Shown: positions 52,996 to 63,553, counted from the stretch's first letter. The stretch: DNA of 64,000 bases from Alphaproteobacteria bacterium (GCA_018970445.1 JAGWWF010000009.1:2141-66140), one strand, 5' to 3'. A program made the numbers and translations. Notes: generated by a model from the letters alone, not told the origin.

Positions 52996-53640
52996 ATGAT
53001 CCTCTATGGCGGCAAGCTTTCCCCCTTCGTGATGCGCCCGCTGCTGGTCAGCCGCGCCAAGGGGGCCGAGGTGGCCCTGGCCAGTTTCGAAGGCGGCATC
53101 AAGAGCCCGGAATATCTGGCGCTGTGCCCCACCGGCAAGATGCCGTTGCTGGTTGATGGCATGGTGGCCCTGCCCGAAAGCCAGGTGATCGCCGATTATC
53201 TGGACATGGTGCTGCCCGGCCCGGCGCTGGTGCCGGCCGATGCCATCGGCGCGGCACGCGTACGGCTGCTGGTGCGGCTGGCCGATGCCTATATGGTGCC
53301 CAACCTGGGCGGCCTGTTCCGCGGCCGCGAGAACCCGGCCGGGGTGCCCGATGCGCTGAACGGCATGGGCGATGCGCTGGGCTATATCGAACATTATCGC
53401 AATGCCGGGGATGAACATGCCTTTGGCAACAGCTTCACCCAGGCCGATGCGGCGCTGATTCCGCTGTTCTTCTTCCTGGATGCGCTGGATGGCGCGATGC
53501 CGACGAAGGCGCTGGTGGCGGCCCGGCCCGGCCTGGCCGGCTGGTGGGAACGGGCCAAGGCCAGCCCGCTGGGCGCGCAGGCCGTGGCCGAACAGGCCGA
53601 AGGGCTGAAGGCCATGATGGCAGCGCGCGCGCAAGGCTGA
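52996..53640 (+). CDS. Glutathione S-transferase family protein
   Basis: Start at MILYGGKLSPFVMRP. The thioredoxin-like N-domain has GKMPLLVDGMVALPESQVIADYL, followed by a helical C-domain. Confidence 0.8.
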   Translation: MILYGGKLSPFVMRPLLVSRAKGAEVALASFEGGIKSPEYLALCPTGKMPLLVDGMVALPESQVIADYLDMVLPGPALVPADAIGAARVRLLVRLADAYMVPNLGGLFRGRENPAGVPDALNGMGDALGYIEHYRNAGDEHAFGNSFTQADAALIPLFFFLDALDGAMPTKALVAARPGLAGWWERAKASPLGAQAVAEQAEGLKAMMAARAQG

Positions 53641-53673
53641 TAGGCTGCGCGGCAAACGGGGGGGGGGAACGGC

Positions 53674-54150
53674 ATGGACATGACGCTGAACATCAACGGC
53701 CAGGCCCATGATGTTGCGGCACCGGCGGCCAGCCTGCTGGTGGAGGTGCTGCGCGACACGCTGGGGCTGACCGGCACCCACATCGGCTGTGACACCAGCC
53801 AGTGCGGCGCCTGCCATGTGCTGCTGGACGGCGTGGCGGTGAAAAGCTGCACGCTGCTGGCCGCCCAGGCGCAGGGCGCGGCGATCACCACCATCGAAGG
53901 ACTGGGCACTGCCGAAACCCTGCATCCGATGCAGCAGGCGTTCCGCGATGCGCACGGCCTGCAATGCGGTTTCTGCACGCCGGGCATGGTGATGGCCGGG
54001 CTGGAGATGGTGCGCCGCCACGGCACGCGCCTGACACCGGCGCTGGTGGCGCACGAGCTGGAAGGCAATCTGTGCCGCTGCACCGGCTATCTGAACATCG
54101 TCAAGGCGATCGTGGCCGGTGCCGCTGCCATGGAGACGGCCGATGCGTGA
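53674..54150 (+). CDS. (2Fe-2S)-binding small subunit of a molybdenum hydroxylase (CoxS/XdhC-type)
   Basis: Two cluster motifs are present: GCDTSQCGACHVLLDG and CGFCTPGMVM...CRCTGY. Confidence 0.85.
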   Translation: MDMTLNINGQAHDVAAPAASLLVEVLRDTLGLTGTHIGCDTSQCGACHVLLDGVAVKSCTLLAAQAQGAAITTIEGLGTAETLHPMQQAFRDAHGLQCGFCTPGMVMAGLEMVRRHGTRLTPALVAHELEGNLCRCTGYLNIVKAIVAGAAAMETADA

Positions 54151-54910
54151 CTTTGATCTTGTCCGCCCCGCCAGCCTGGCGGCGGCCACCGCCGCCTTTG
54201 CCGCGGGCGGCGAGGCCGCCTATCTGGCCGGCGGCCACACGCTGATCCCGGCGATGAAGTCGCGGCTGCGCATGCCCGATGCGCTGATCGATCTGGCCGG
54301 GCTGGATCTCGCCGGCATCGTGCCCGATGGCAAGCGCCTGTGGATCGGCGCGATGACCCGCCATGCCGATGTGGCGGGCGGTGCCAGCGCCATTCCCGGC
54401 CTGGCCGCGCTGGCCGGCGGCATCGGCGATCCCCAGGTGCGCAACCGCGGCACGCTGGGCGGCAGCATCGCCAACAATGATCCGGCCGCCGATTATCCCG
54501 CCGCCGCCCTGGCGCTGGATGCGCTGATCGAAACCGATCGCGCCACCCACAAGGCCGATGATTTCTTTCAGGGGATGTTCACCACCGCGCTGGCCGACGG
54601 CGAGATCATCACCCGCATCGGTTTTGCCATCCCGCAGCGCAGCGCCTATGCCAAGTTCCGCCACCCCGCCTCGCGCTATGCCGTGGTGGGGGTGTATGTC
54701 GCCGATCATGGCAACAGTTGGCGCGTTGCCGTCACCGGCGCCGGGCCGGGCGTGTTCCGCTGGGCCGAAGCGGAGGCCGCGATTGCCGCCGGCGGCGCCC
54801 TGCCCACCCTGCCCGCCGACGATCTGAACAGCGACATCCACGCCGGCCCCGAATATCGCGCCCATCTGTGCGGCGTGATGCTGAAACAGGCGCTGGCCGG
54901 CCTGGTGTGA
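54143..54910 (+). CDS. FAD-binding medium subunit of a molybdenum hydroxylase (CoxM-type)
   Basis: Start MRDFDLVRPASL overlaps the small-subunit stop. FAD-binding motif AYLAGGHTLIPAMK, and a C-terminal CO dehydrogenase flavoprotein-like region. Confidence 0.8.
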   Translation: MRDFDLVRPASLAAATAAFAAGGEAAYLAGGHTLIPAMKSRLRMPDALIDLAGLDLAGIVPDGKRLWIGAMTRHADVAGGASAIPGLAALAGGIGDPQVRNRGTLGGSIANNDPAADYPAAALALDALIETDRATHKADDFFQGMFTTALADGEIITRIGFAIPQRSAYAKFRHPASRYAVVGVYVADHGNSWRVAVTGAGPGVFRWAEAEAAIAAGGALPTLPADDLNSDIHAGPEYRAHLCGVMLKQALAGLV

Positions 54911-54975
54911 TTGCCGGGGCTGCCAGCGGTTGCTAAAGGGCCGGCCACCCTGTCCCATCAAGCGAACGAAGCACC

Positions 54976-55716
54976 ATGGCCGGCCACAGCAAATTCAAGA
55001 ACATCATGCACAGGAAGGGCGCGCAGGACAAAAAGCGCAGCGCCCTGTTTTCCAAGCTTTCGCGCGAAATCACCGTGGCGGCCAGAATGGGCATGCCCGA
55101 TCCGGCCAACAACCCGCGCCTGCGCGCCGCCGTGCTCGCCGCCCGCGCCGAAGGCATGCCCAAAGACAATATCCAGCGCGCCATCGACAAATCGCAAGGC
55201 GGCGATACCGCCAATTATGAGGAAGTGCGTTACGAAGGCTTTGGCCCCGGCGGCGTGTCGCTGATCATCGAAACCCTCACCGACAATCGCAACCGCACCG
55301 CCACCAATGTGCGCACCGCCATGGCCAAGAATGGCGGCAACCTGGGCGCGTCGGGCAGCGTTTCGCATGGGTTCGAACGGCTGGGCCTGATTTCCTATCC
55401 CGCCGCTGCCGGCACCGCGGATGCCGTGTTCGAAGCCGCGCTGGAAGCCGGTGCCGATGATGTGCAATCATCCGATGACGGTCATGAAATCTGGGTGGGG
55501 ATCGAGGCCCTGCACGATGTCGCCCGCGCGCTGGAACCGGTGCTGGGCGACGGCGGCCAGGCCAGGCTGGCGTGGAAGCCGGGCACGATGGTGACGGTGG
55601 GCGCCGACGATGCCGCGCAGTTGATGAAGCTGATCGACGTGCTGGATGATGATGACGACGTGCAGACCGTGTGGGGCAATTATGATGTGCCCGACGATGT
55701 GATGGCCGGGCTGTGA
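54976..55716 (+). CDS. yebC: YebC/PmpR family DNA-binding regulator
   Basis: [37 protein letters not shown] is the canonical YebC N-terminus. Confidence 0.9.
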   Translation: MAGHSKFKNIMHRKGAQDKKRSALFSKLSREITVAARMGMPDPANNPRLRAAVLAARAEGMPKDNIQRAIDKSQGGDTANYEEVRYEGFGPGGVSLIIETLTDNRNRTATNVRTAMAKNGGNLGASGSVSHGFERLGLISYPAAAGTADAVFEAALEAGADDVQSSDDGHEIWVGIEALHDVARALEPVLGDGGQARLAWKPGTMVTVGADDAAQLMKLIDVLDDDDDVQTVWGNYDVPDDVMAGL

Positions 55717-55719
55717 AGA

Positions 55720-56185
55720 CTCCCCTCCCCTTCAGGGGAGGGGCCGGGGGTGGGGACGTGACGCAAGACCAAGGCCGCTTGCTGCAAACCCGCGCCCGCA
55801 CCATGCGCGTCAATGCCACGCCCGCCGAGCGCCGCCTGTGGACCATGCTGAGCGGCAGCAAACTTGGCGGCCTCAAATTCCGCCGCCAGGCGGTGATTGG
55901 GCCGTTCATCGTCGATTTCCTCTGCCCGACGCTCGCACTTGTGGTCGAGGCGGATGGGGACAGTCATGATGACCCGGCCCGCGATGCATGCCGCGATTCG
56001 GCCTTGGGCAGGCTTGGTTATACCGTGCTGCACTTCGCCAATTGGCAGGTGCTGGAACAGGGCGACATGGTGGCATTGGCGATCTTGGATACAGCTTCTA
56101 GACTGAAGGTCCGCTGGGAAAATGGGCCGCGCAATCAGCGGCTTGACGCCCCCACCCCCGACCCCTCCCCTGAAGGGGAGGGGAG
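55720..56185 (+). mobile_element. Compact 466-bp element: a DUF559 nuclease ORF bounded by 36-bp terminal inverted repeats, inserted between yebC and ruvC
   Basis: The left end 55720-55755 reads ctcccctccccttcaggggaggggccgggggtgggg. The reverse complement of the right end 56150-56185 reads ctcccctccccttcaggggaggggtcgggggtgggg (35 of 36 identical). Each end contains its own hairpin. Confidence 0.6.
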
Positions 56186-56192
56186 AAGGTGA
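55758..56192 (+). CDS. DUF559 (Vsr-like endonuclease fold) domain protein
   Basis: ARTMRVNATPAERRLWTMLSGSKLGGLKFRRQAVIGPFIVDFLCPTLALVVEADGDSH...LGYTVLHF is typical of DUF559. The start is uncertain (GTG 55713, GTG 55758 or ATG 55803). The C-terminus reads through the right repeat, and the stop overlaps the ruvC start. Confidence 0.75.
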   Translation: MTQDQGRLLQTRARTMRVNATPAERRLWTMLSGSKLGGLKFRRQAVIGPFIVDFLCPTLALVVEADGDSHDDPARDACRDSALGRLGYTVLHFANWQVLEQGDMVALAILDTASRLKVRWENGPRNQRLDAPTPDPSPEGEGRR

Positions 56193-56683
56193 CGCGTATC
56201 ATCATCGGCCTTGATCCCGGCCTGGCGGCCACCGGCTGGGGAGTGATCGTGGCCGATGGCAACCGCCTCAAGCACATCGCCCATGGCACGATCAAAACGC
56301 GTGTGACCGATGCGATGACCGATCGGCTCAACGCCCTGCACGATGCGCTGATGGCGGTGATCGCCGCCCACCAGCCCGGCGAGGCGGCGGTGGAGGAGGT
56401 GTTCGTCAACAGCAATCCGCAATCCACCATCAAGCTGGTGCAGGCGCGCGGCGTCGTGCTGCTGTGTGCCGGCCGCGCCCGCCTGCTGGTTGCCGAACAT
56501 GCCACCCGCGCCGTGAAAAAGGCCCTCACCGGCACCGGCGCTGCCGAAAAGCCCCAGGTGCAGGCCATGGTGGAACGGCTGTTGCCCGGCGTGGCGATAA
56601 CGGGCAACGATGCCGCCGATGCGCTGGCGGTGGCAATCGCCCACGCGCATCTGGTGCGCAACATGCGTGAGGTGATGCCATGA
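56189..56683 (+). CDS. ruvC: Crossover junction endodeoxyribonuclease
   Basis: TRIIIGLDPGLAATGWGVI with a GTG start, and a late DAADALAVAIAH motif. Confidence 0.9.
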   Translation: MTRIIIGLDPGLAATGWGVIVADGNRLKHIAHGTIKTRVTDAMTDRLNALHDALMAVIAAHQPGEAAVEEVFVNSNPQSTIKLVQARGVVLLCAGRARLLVAEHATRAVKKALTGTGAAEKPQVQAMVERLLPGVAITGNDAADALAVAIAHAHLVRNMREVMP

Positions 56684-57279
56684 TCGCCCGCCTGAAGGGC
56701 CTGGTGGACAGCGTGTCGGCCGATGCGCTGGTCGTCGATGTGGGCGGCGTCGGCTATCTGGTGCAGGCCGCCAGCCGCACCCTGTCCAACGTGGCGGTGG
56801 GGCAGGCGGTGGCGCTCTTCATCGAAACCCAGGTGCGCGAGGATGCCATCACCCTGTTCGGCTTTGCTGCCGAAGCCGAACTGGCCGCCTTCCGCGCGCT
56901 CACCACGGTGCAGGGTGTCGGCGGCCGCGTGGGGCTGAACATTCTTTCGGTCCTCTCGCCCGATCAGGTCGCCCATGCCGTGGCTGCCGGCGATGCCGCA
57001 AGCCTCGCCCGCGCCAACGGGGTGGGGCCGAAACTGGCGGCGCGCATCGCCAATGAACTGAAAGGCAAATTGGGCGGCGTTGCCATGGCGGCTGGTGCCC
57101 CCCTGCCGGTGCAGGCCGGTGCGCGCGTTGTCGATGATGCCATGGCCGCATTGGCCGCGCTGGGTTTCCGCCCGATGGACGCCAGCCGCGCCGTGGCCGA
57201 GGCACTGGCCGAACTGGGCGAGGGTGCGGGCCTGAATGATGTGGTGCGCGTGGCCTTGAAGAAGAGCGCAAAGCCATGA
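56680..57279 (+). CDS. ruvA: Holliday junction branch migration complex subunit
   Basis: [26 protein letters not shown], then HhH motifs ([17 protein letters not shown] and [12 protein letters not shown]). Confidence 0.9.
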   Translation: MIARLKGLVDSVSADALVVDVGGVGYLVQAASRTLSNVAVGQAVALFIETQVREDAITLFGFAAEAELAAFRALTTVQGVGGRVGLNILSVLSPDQVAHAVAAGDAASLARANGVGPKLAARIANELKGKLGGVAMAAGAPLPVQAGARVVDDAMAALAALGFRPMDASRAVAEALAELGEGAGLNDVVRVALKKSAKP

Positions 57280-58289
57280 CCGCCGATCTTTCCCCCCAGC
57301 GTCGCCCCGACGATATCGACGCCGCGCTGCGCCCCAAGGGGCTGGACGAGTTCATCGGCCAGGCCGCGCTGCGCGACAATCTGGGCATCTTCATCGCCGC
57401 TGCCCGCGCGCGCGGCGAGGCGATGGACCATGTGCTGCTGCACGGCCCGCCCGGCCTGGGCAAGACCACGCTGGCCCAGATCATCGCCCGCGAACTGGGA
57501 GTGGGCTTCCGCGCCACCTCCGGGCCGGTGATTGCCAAGGCCGGCGATCTGGCCGCCATCCTCACCAATCTTGAACCGCATGATGTCTTGTTCATCGACG
57601 AGATTCACCGCCTCGCCCCGGCCGTGGAGGAAATCCTCTATCCGGCGATGGAGGATCGGGTGCTGGACATCATGATCGGCGAAGGCCCGTCGGCGCGCAG
57701 TGTGCGCATCGATCTGCCGGCCTTCACCCTGGTGGGGGCCACCACCCGCGCCGGCCTGCTCACCACCCCCTTGCGCGATCGCTTCGGCATTCCGCTGCGG
57801 CTGAACTTCTATACGGTGGATGAGCTGGAACAGGTCGTCACCCGCGCCGCCCGGCTGCTCGATCTGGCGCTCACCCCCGATGGCGCGCGCGAGATTGCGG
57901 CGCGCGCCCGCGGCACGCCGCGCATCGCCGGCCGCCTGCTGCGCCGCGTGCGCGATTTTGCCGGCAGCAAGCCGGTGGACGCCCGTCTCGCCGATGCCTC
58001 ACTCAGCCGGCTGGAGGTGGACCGGCTGGGGCTGGATGCCATGGATCGCCGTTATCTGATGATGATCGCCGACATTTATCGCGGTGGGCCGGTGGGCATC
58101 GAAACCCTGGCCGCCGGCCTGTCGGAACCGCGCGACACGCTGGAAGATGTGATCGAACCCTTTCTGATCCAGCAGGGCCTGGTGGCGCGCACCGCCCGCG
58201 GCCGCATGCTGAACGGCCCGGCCTGGACGCATCTGGGCCTGATCGCCCCGGCACAACAGACCATCCTGCCCCTGCTGGACGAGGAATAG
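57276..58289 (+). CDS. ruvB: Holliday junction branch migration DNA helicase
   Basis: [12 protein letters not shown], Walker [15 protein letters not shown] and Walker [10 protein letters not shown]. Confidence 0.95.
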   Translation: MTADLSPQRRPDDIDAALRPKGLDEFIGQAALRDNLGIFIAAARARGEAMDHVLLHGPPGLGKTTLAQIIARELGVGFRATSGPVIAKAGDLAAILTNLEPHDVLFIDEIHRLAPAVEEILYPAMEDRVLDIMIGEGPSARSVRIDLPAFTLVGATTRAGLLTTPLRDRFGIPLRLNFYTVDELEQVVTRAARLLDLALTPDGAREIAARARGTPRIAGRLLRRVRDFAGSKPVDARLADASLSRLEVDRLGLDAMDRRYLMMIADIYRGGPVGIETLAAGLSEPRDTLEDVIEPFLIQQGLVARTARGRMLNGPAWTHLGLIAPAQQTILPLLDEE

Positions 58290-59537
58290 ATGCTGCCCAT
58301 CGACACCGTGCGCGCCGCCTTTCCGGCGCTGGCCCTGGCCGATCATGGCGCGGCCCGCCATTATTTCGATGCCCCCGCCGGCAGCCAGGTGGCGGGCCGG
58401 GTGATCGATGCGATGCGCGACGTGATGATTGGCGCCTGCGCCAATGATGGCGGCCTGTTTCGCACCAGCATCGCCACCACGCAGATTGTGGAATCGGCGC
58501 TGGCCACCGCCGCCACCTTCTTCAACTGCGCCGATGATGAAGTGATCTTCGGGCTGAACACCACCAGCCTGTTCTTCCAGATGGCGCCGCTGATCGCGCA
58601 TGATTGGCGCGCCGGCGACAATATCCTGGTCACCCGCATGGATCATGATGCCAATGTCTCGCCCTGGTTGCGGGCCGCAGCCGCACGCGGGGTGGCGGTG
58701 CGCTTTCTGGAGTGGGACCGCGAGACCTTCGCGCTCCGCCTTGAAACCCTGCCGGATCTGATCGATGCCCGCACCCGCGCCGTGGCGGTGGGCCATGCCA
58801 GCAACATGCTGGGCACCATCAACGATGTCGCCGCCGTGTGCGCCGCCGCGCGCGCCGTGGGGGCGATCAGCATCGTCGATGCCGTGCAATCCGCCCCGCA
58901 TCTGGCGCTGGATGTGGCGGCGATCGGTTGCGATCTCCTGTCTGCCTCGGCCTATAAATTCTTCGGGCCGCATGCCGCGATCATGTATGTTTCCAAAGGC
59001 TTGCAGGCGCGCATTCCGCCGTTGAAGGTGCGGCCATCGGTGGATGAAATGCCCACGCGCCTTTCACCCGGCACCCCCAGTTTCGAGGCGATGGCCGGCA
59101 CGGCGGCGGCCATCGAGCATCTGGCCTGGCTGGGCGAAGTGGCCGGCACGGTGGCGGCCGATCAACCGCTGCGCACCCGGCTGGAGGCCGGACTGGCCGC
59201 GGCGCAGGCACATGAACTGGATCTGGCCCGGCAGTTTCTGGCCGGGCTGGGCGGCATCAGGGGCGTGACGCTGCACGGCATCGCCAATCCCAACCGCCTC
59301 CACGAACGGGTGGCAACCTTCACCTTCGAGATTGAAGGTCACAGCGCCGATGCCATCGCGGCGGCACTGGCGGCGCGCAACATGTTCGTGTGGAACGGCT
59401 ATTATTATGCCTGGGAACCGGCCGGCGTGCTGGGCCTGCGCGACCGTGGTGCCGTCCGGATCGGCTTCACCCATTACAACAGCGCCGCCGAGGTGGAGGC
59501 GCTGATCGCCGCGCTGGCCGCCATCACGGCCGGCTGA
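58290..59537 (+). CDS. Class V aminotransferase-fold PLP enzyme (cysteine desulfurase-like)
   Basis: 415 aa. The SAYKFFGPH motif contains the putative PLP lysine. The ATG directly follows the ruvB stop. Confidence 0.75.
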   Translation: MLPIDTVRAAFPALALADHGAARHYFDAPAGSQVAGRVIDAMRDVMIGACANDGGLFRTSIATTQIVESALATAATFFNCADDEVIFGLNTTSLFFQMAPLIAHDWRAGDNILVTRMDHDANVSPWLRAAAARGVAVRFLEWDRETFALRLETLPDLIDARTRAVAVGHASNMLGTINDVAAVCAAARAVGAISIVDAVQSAPHLALDVAAIGCDLLSASAYKFFGPHAAIMYVSKGLQARIPPLKVRPSVDEMPTRLSPGTPSFEAMAGTAAAIEHLAWLGEVAGTVAADQPLRTRLEAGLAAAQAHELDLARQFLAGLGGIRGVTLHGIANPNRLHERVATFTFEIEGHSADAIAAALAARNMFVWNGYYYAWEPAGVLGLRDRGAVRIGFTHYNSAAEVEALIAALAAITAG

Positions 59538-59586
59538 CGATTTTGCCGCTGGATTTTGTCCCCCCGGGTTGGCAAGGCATCGGCCC

Positions 59587-61002
59587 ATGACCAGCAAGCC
59601 GCGCACCCTCTATCAGAAAATCTGGGATGATCATGTCGTTGCCACGCTGGACGACGGCACCGCGCTGATCTTCATCGATCGCCACCTGATCCACGAAGTG
59701 ACCACCCCGCAGGCGTTCGAGGCGCTGCGCCTCGCTGGCCGCAGGCTGCGCCGCCCCGATCTCACGCTGGCCGTGCCCGATCACAATGTGCCCACCACCG
59801 ATCGCCGGCTGCCGATCACCGATCCCATGTCGAAGGCGCAGCTGGATGCGCTGGTGCGCAATTGCGCCGATTTCGGCATCGAACTGTACAGCATCGATGC
59901 GCCCGAACAGGGCATCGTGCATGTGATTGGCCCGGAACAGGGCTTCACCCTGCCCGGCGTGACGATGGTGTGTGGCGACAGCCACACCGCCACCCACGGC
60001 GCGTTCGGGGCGCTGGCCTTCGGCATCGGCACATCAGAGGTGGAACATGTGTTTGCCACCCAGACCCTGCTGCTGCGCCAGTCGAAATCGATGCGGGTGC
60101 ACGTGACCGGCCAGCTGGGCTTTTCGGTATCGGCCAAGGATGTGGCGCTGGCCGTGTGCGGGGCGCTGGGTTCGGGCGGCGGGGCCGGTTATGTGATCGA
60201 ATATACCGGCCCGGTGATCGATGCGCTGTCGATGGAAGGCCGCATGACCCTGTGCAACATGGCGATCGAGGCCGGTGCCCGCGCCGGCCTGGTGGCGCCC
60301 GACAGCAAGACCTTCGATTATGTGCGCGGCCGCCCGCGCGCCCCCACCGGCGCGGCATGGGATCAGGCGCTGGCCTGGTGGCAGACGCTGCCCAGCGATG
60401 CCGGCGCCGTGTTTGACAAGGTGGTGGAGATCGACGGCAGCGCCATCGCCCCGCTCGTCACCTGGGGCACCAGCCCGGAAGACGTGGTGGACATCACCGG
60501 CGTGGTGCCCGATCCGGCCGGCTTTGCCGATCCGGCCAAGCAGGCCGCCGCCGCCAAGAGCCTGGATTACATGGGCCTTGTTCCCGGCATGCGCATGGCC
60601 GACGTGGCGGTGGAGAATATCTTCATCGGCAGCTGCACCAACAGCCGCATCGAGGATCTGCGCATCGCCGCCGCCGTGGTGAAGGGCCGCCGCGTGGCCG
60701 CCGGTGTGCGCCAGGCGCTGGTGGTGCCGGGTTCCGGCCTGGTCAAGCGCCAGGCCGAGGCCGAAGGGCTGGACCGAATCTTCATCGCCGCCGGCTTTGA
60801 ATGGCGCGAACCCGGCTGTTCGATGTGCCTGGGCATGAACCCCGATCAGGTGCCGGCCGGCGAACGCTGCGCCAGCACATCGAATCGCAATTTCGTCGGC
60901 CGCCAGGGGCCGGGTGCGCGCACCCATCTCCTGTCCCCCGCCATGGCGGCGGCGGCGGCGGTCACCGGCCGGCTCACCGATGTGCGCAATCTGATGGGCT
61001 GA
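59587..61002 (+). CDS. leuC: 3-isopropylmalate dehydratase large subunit
   Basis: [18 protein letters not shown] at the N-terminus. Aconitase-family cluster motifs [18 protein letters not shown] and CSMCLGMN. Confidence 0.9.
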   Translation: MTSKPRTLYQKIWDDHVVATLDDGTALIFIDRHLIHEVTTPQAFEALRLAGRRLRRPDLTLAVPDHNVPTTDRRLPITDPMSKAQLDALVRNCADFGIELYSIDAPEQGIVHVIGPEQGFTLPGVTMVCGDSHTATHGAFGALAFGIGTSEVEHVFATQTLLLRQSKSMRVHVTGQLGFSVSAKDVALAVCGALGSGGGAGYVIEYTGPVIDALSMEGRMTLCNMAIEAGARAGLVAPDSKTFDYVRGRPRAPTGAAWDQALAWWQTLPSDAGAVFDKVVEIDGSAIAPLVTWGTSPEDVVDITGVVPDPAGFADPAKQAAAAKSLDYMGLVPGMRMADVAVENIFIGSCTNSRIEDLRIAAAVVKGRRVAAGVRQALVVPGSGLVKRQAEAEGLDRIFIAAGFEWREPGCSMCLGMNPDQVPAGERCASTSNRNFVGRQGPGARTHLLSPAMAAAAAVTGRLTDVRNLMG

Positions 61003-61102
61003 TCTGCCCGGCGGGGGCCAATTGCGTCCGCATTGGCCGCAGATCCTAACCGAATCACAAGGTTTTTCTGCCACATCCAAAGCTGCGAGGGTCAGGTTTG
61101 GA

Positions 61103-63553
61103 ATGATGGGGGATAATTTCCGCCACTATTGTGTCTTGTTTGCCGGTCTGGGCCGTTTCTGGGCCCGGCTGCTGCTGCTGTTGCTCGCCGCGCACGGCCT
61201 GCTGGCGGTGCCGGCGCGGGCCACGGCGCATCAACTGCCCTTCCACGTGATGAACTGCGCCGCGGAAGCCTGCCCGGCCAAGCCGCAGGGCCGCTGGACC
61301 TGGGTGGCGGTGGACACGGGCACCGCCGCCGATCTGGCACGCGATTGGCAATTGCTGGTCGACAACACCCGCTTCAGCCGGATCGAGGTGCAGGTGGTGC
61401 ATCGCGGCGGCACGCTGCTGATCGGCCGCGACCAGTTCAATCTGGGCGAGAACTGGTCGCTGGGCAACAATCTGCGCTTTGCCATCCCGGTGCCGGGCCG
61501 CGACGTCAGTACGATCCGGGTGGGCTTTCGGGACATGGATGCCCCGGCGTTGATGCGCACGATCAAGGGCATGGATGTGCCTGATCACGCCGCATATGTG
61601 CAGGACTGGACGGTGATGATCGCCATCGTCATGGGCGTGCTGTTCGCGGCCTTTGCCTATAATGTCTTCCTGCTGTCGTGGCTGCACATCGCCTTCCAGC
61701 GCTGGTATGTCGTGTGGGTGGCGGCGGGCGGCTGCTACATGATGATCTGGACCGGCAAGGCCCTGCAATGGTTTCCGTTCATGGCCGGCCCGGCGTCGGC
61801 CCGCGCCTCCTTCCTGCTGGTCGGCCTGCTGGTGGTGTCGGGCGCGTCCTTCTTTTTCGCGCTGATCGAAAAGGGCAAGTTGCCGCAGCGCTTGATCGAT
61901 ATCGGCGAGGTGGCGGGCATATTGGTGGCTGTCACCAGTGTGGTCGCTGCCTTCGATACGGTGTTCCCGGCCGCCTACACCGATCGCATGCTCAATCTGG
62001 CGATGATCATTGTCATCGTCACCGTGGCGGTTGGCTGCGTGATGGCCGCCGTCCGGGGCAGCCGGGCGGTGTGGTTCTATCTGATCGGCTGGCTGCCGCC
62101 GCTGGCGCTGCTGGTGGCGCGCATCGCGCGCAATTTCGGCCTGCTGCCGCAGGATGATTTCGTCGATCAGGCCGGCTTTCTGGCCATGGGCTGGGAGGCG
62201 CTTCTGCTCAGCCTGGCCATTGCCGACCGTTTCCGCCAGCTGCGGCTGGAAGCCGACGCCACCGACACGGAACGGCGGGCGCTGCTCAAGGTCGCCACCA
62301 CCGATCCGTTGACCGGCCTGGGCAACCGCGCCCTGTTCCAGAGCCTGATGGAACGACCGCGCAGCCAGGGCGGCGGCGTCGACATCATTGCCATCGATAT
62401 CGATTTCCTGAAACAGACGAACGACATGGCCGGGCATGATGCCGGCGATGCGCTGATCGTGGCGGTGTCGGAACGGCTGGCCGCCGCGGCTGGCCCGCAC
62501 GCCACCATCGCCCGCATCGGCGGTGATGAATTCGTGATCGTGCTGGAAGGTGACGCCCGCGCCCGCCTGCCGGCCATCCGCCAGATGATCGCGCTGTCCG
62601 CCGGGGTGCCGCTGCGCCATGCCGGCCATGATCTCACCATCTCCATCTGCGCCGGCCATGCCGGCGATGAGGGCATGGCCAGCCTGCAATCCGTCCACAA
62701 GCTGGCCGACATGGCGCTGTATCGCGCCAAGGCGGCCGGCCGCGGCTGCTGGCGCAGCTATGATGCCGGCATGGCCGACGAGGCCGATGCCCGCAGCCGC
62801 CTGCTGGCCGAAGCCCGCGACGGCCTGTCTTCGGGGCAATTCCATCTGCATTTCCAGCCGATCGTGCCCGCCGTTGGCCCGCCGGTCGCGTTCGAGGCCG
62901 GGCTGCGCTGGCAGCATCCCGATCTGGGCCTGCTGGCACCGGCCGAATTTGGCGACGTGATGCGCGATGCCGGCCTGGCCCTGATGCTGCACCACTGGGT
63001 GCTGGAACAGGCGCTGCTGACGGTGGCCGAGCTGCGGCGCGGGGCGCCAAACGCCGCTGTGGCGGTCAATTGCGTCACCAGCCAGTTGCAGGGCCCCAGC
63101 GCCGCCATCGCCATATTGGATGAACTGGCCCGCCACGGCGTGCCACCCGCCGCACTGATCGTGGAGGTGACCGAAGCCGTGGCCACCGGCGGCCTGGGCA
63201 GCGCCCTGCTGGAATGCCTCGAATGCCTGCGCGATTCGGGTGTGCGCGTTGCGCTGGATGATTTCGGCACCGGCATGGCCAGCCTGCTGCACCTGCGCGA
63301 CGTGCCCAGTGATCTGGTCAAGATTGATGCCAGTTTCGCCACCAGCCTGGCCAGCAGCAGCAGCGCCCAGCAGGTGGTGCACGCCATCATCGATCTGGCA
63401 CACAGCCTGGGCAAGCAGGTGGTGGCACAAGGGGTGGACAGCGAGGCCCAGCGCCGCGTGCTGCTGCAACTGGGCTGCGATTATGGCCAGGGCGCATTCC
63501 ACGGCCCGCCGGCGGCGCTGCCTGCCCTCGCTGCCGCTGCCGCTGCCGCCTGA
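61103..63553 (+). CDS. Membrane-bound GGDEF-EAL signalling protein with a 7TMR-DISM-type sensor
   Basis: Signal/TM segment, a periplasmic domain of about 170 aa and about 7 TM helices. The GGDEF domain has DPLTGLGNR and RIGGDEFVIV. The EAL-type domain has FEAGLRW, DDFGTG, KID and AQGVDS. Confidence 0.85.
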   Translation: MMGDNFRHYCVLFAGLGRFWARLLLLLLAAHGLLAVPARATAHQLPFHVMNCAAEACPAKPQGRWTWVAVDTGTAADLARDWQLLVDNTRFSRIEVQVVHRGGTLLIGRDQFNLGENWSLGNNLRFAIPVPGRDVSTIRVGFRDMDAPALMRTIKGMDVPDHAAYVQDWTVMIAIVMGVLFAAFAYNVFLLSWLHIAFQRWYVVWVAAGGCYMMIWTGKALQWFPFMAGPASARASFLLVGLLVVSGASFFFALIEKGKLPQRLIDIGEVAGILVAVTSVVAAFDTVFPAAYTDRMLNLAMIIVIVTVAVGCVMAAVRGSRAVWFYLIGWLPPLALLVARIARNFGLLPQDDFVDQAGFLAMGWEALLLSLAIADRFRQLRLEADATDTERRALLKVATTDPLTGLGNRALFQSLMERPRSQGGGVDIIAIDIDFLKQTNDMAGHDAGDALIVAVSERLAAAAGPHATIARIGGDEFVIVLEGDARARLPAIRQMIALSAGVPLRHAGHDLTISICAGHAGDEGMASLQSVHKLADMALYRAKAAGRGCWRSYDAGMADEADARSRLLAEARDGLSSGQFHLHFQPIVPAVGPPVAFEAGLRWQHPDLGLLAPAEFGDVMRDAGLALMLHHWVLEQALLTVAELRRGAPNAAVAVNCVTSQLQGPSAAIAILDELARHGVPPAALIVEVTEAVATGGLGSALLECLECLRDSGVRVALDDFGTGMASLLHLRDVPSDLVKIDASFATSLASSSSAQQVVHAIIDLAHSLGKQVVAQGVDSEAQRRVLLQLGCDYGQGAFHGPPAALPALAAAAAAA

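Noticed and set aside
58287-58292. Class V aminotransferase gene starting immediately after the ruvB stop, as a functional link to recombination
   Set aside because: Tight spacing alone is common in compact operons. There is no mechanistic basis and I have no conservation evidence.
61003-61102. Absence of leuD directly after leuC as an anomaly
   Set aside because: Separation of leuC and leuD by unrelated genes occurs in various alphaproteobacteria, and the window cannot show where leuD lies. Not informative without the rest of the genome.
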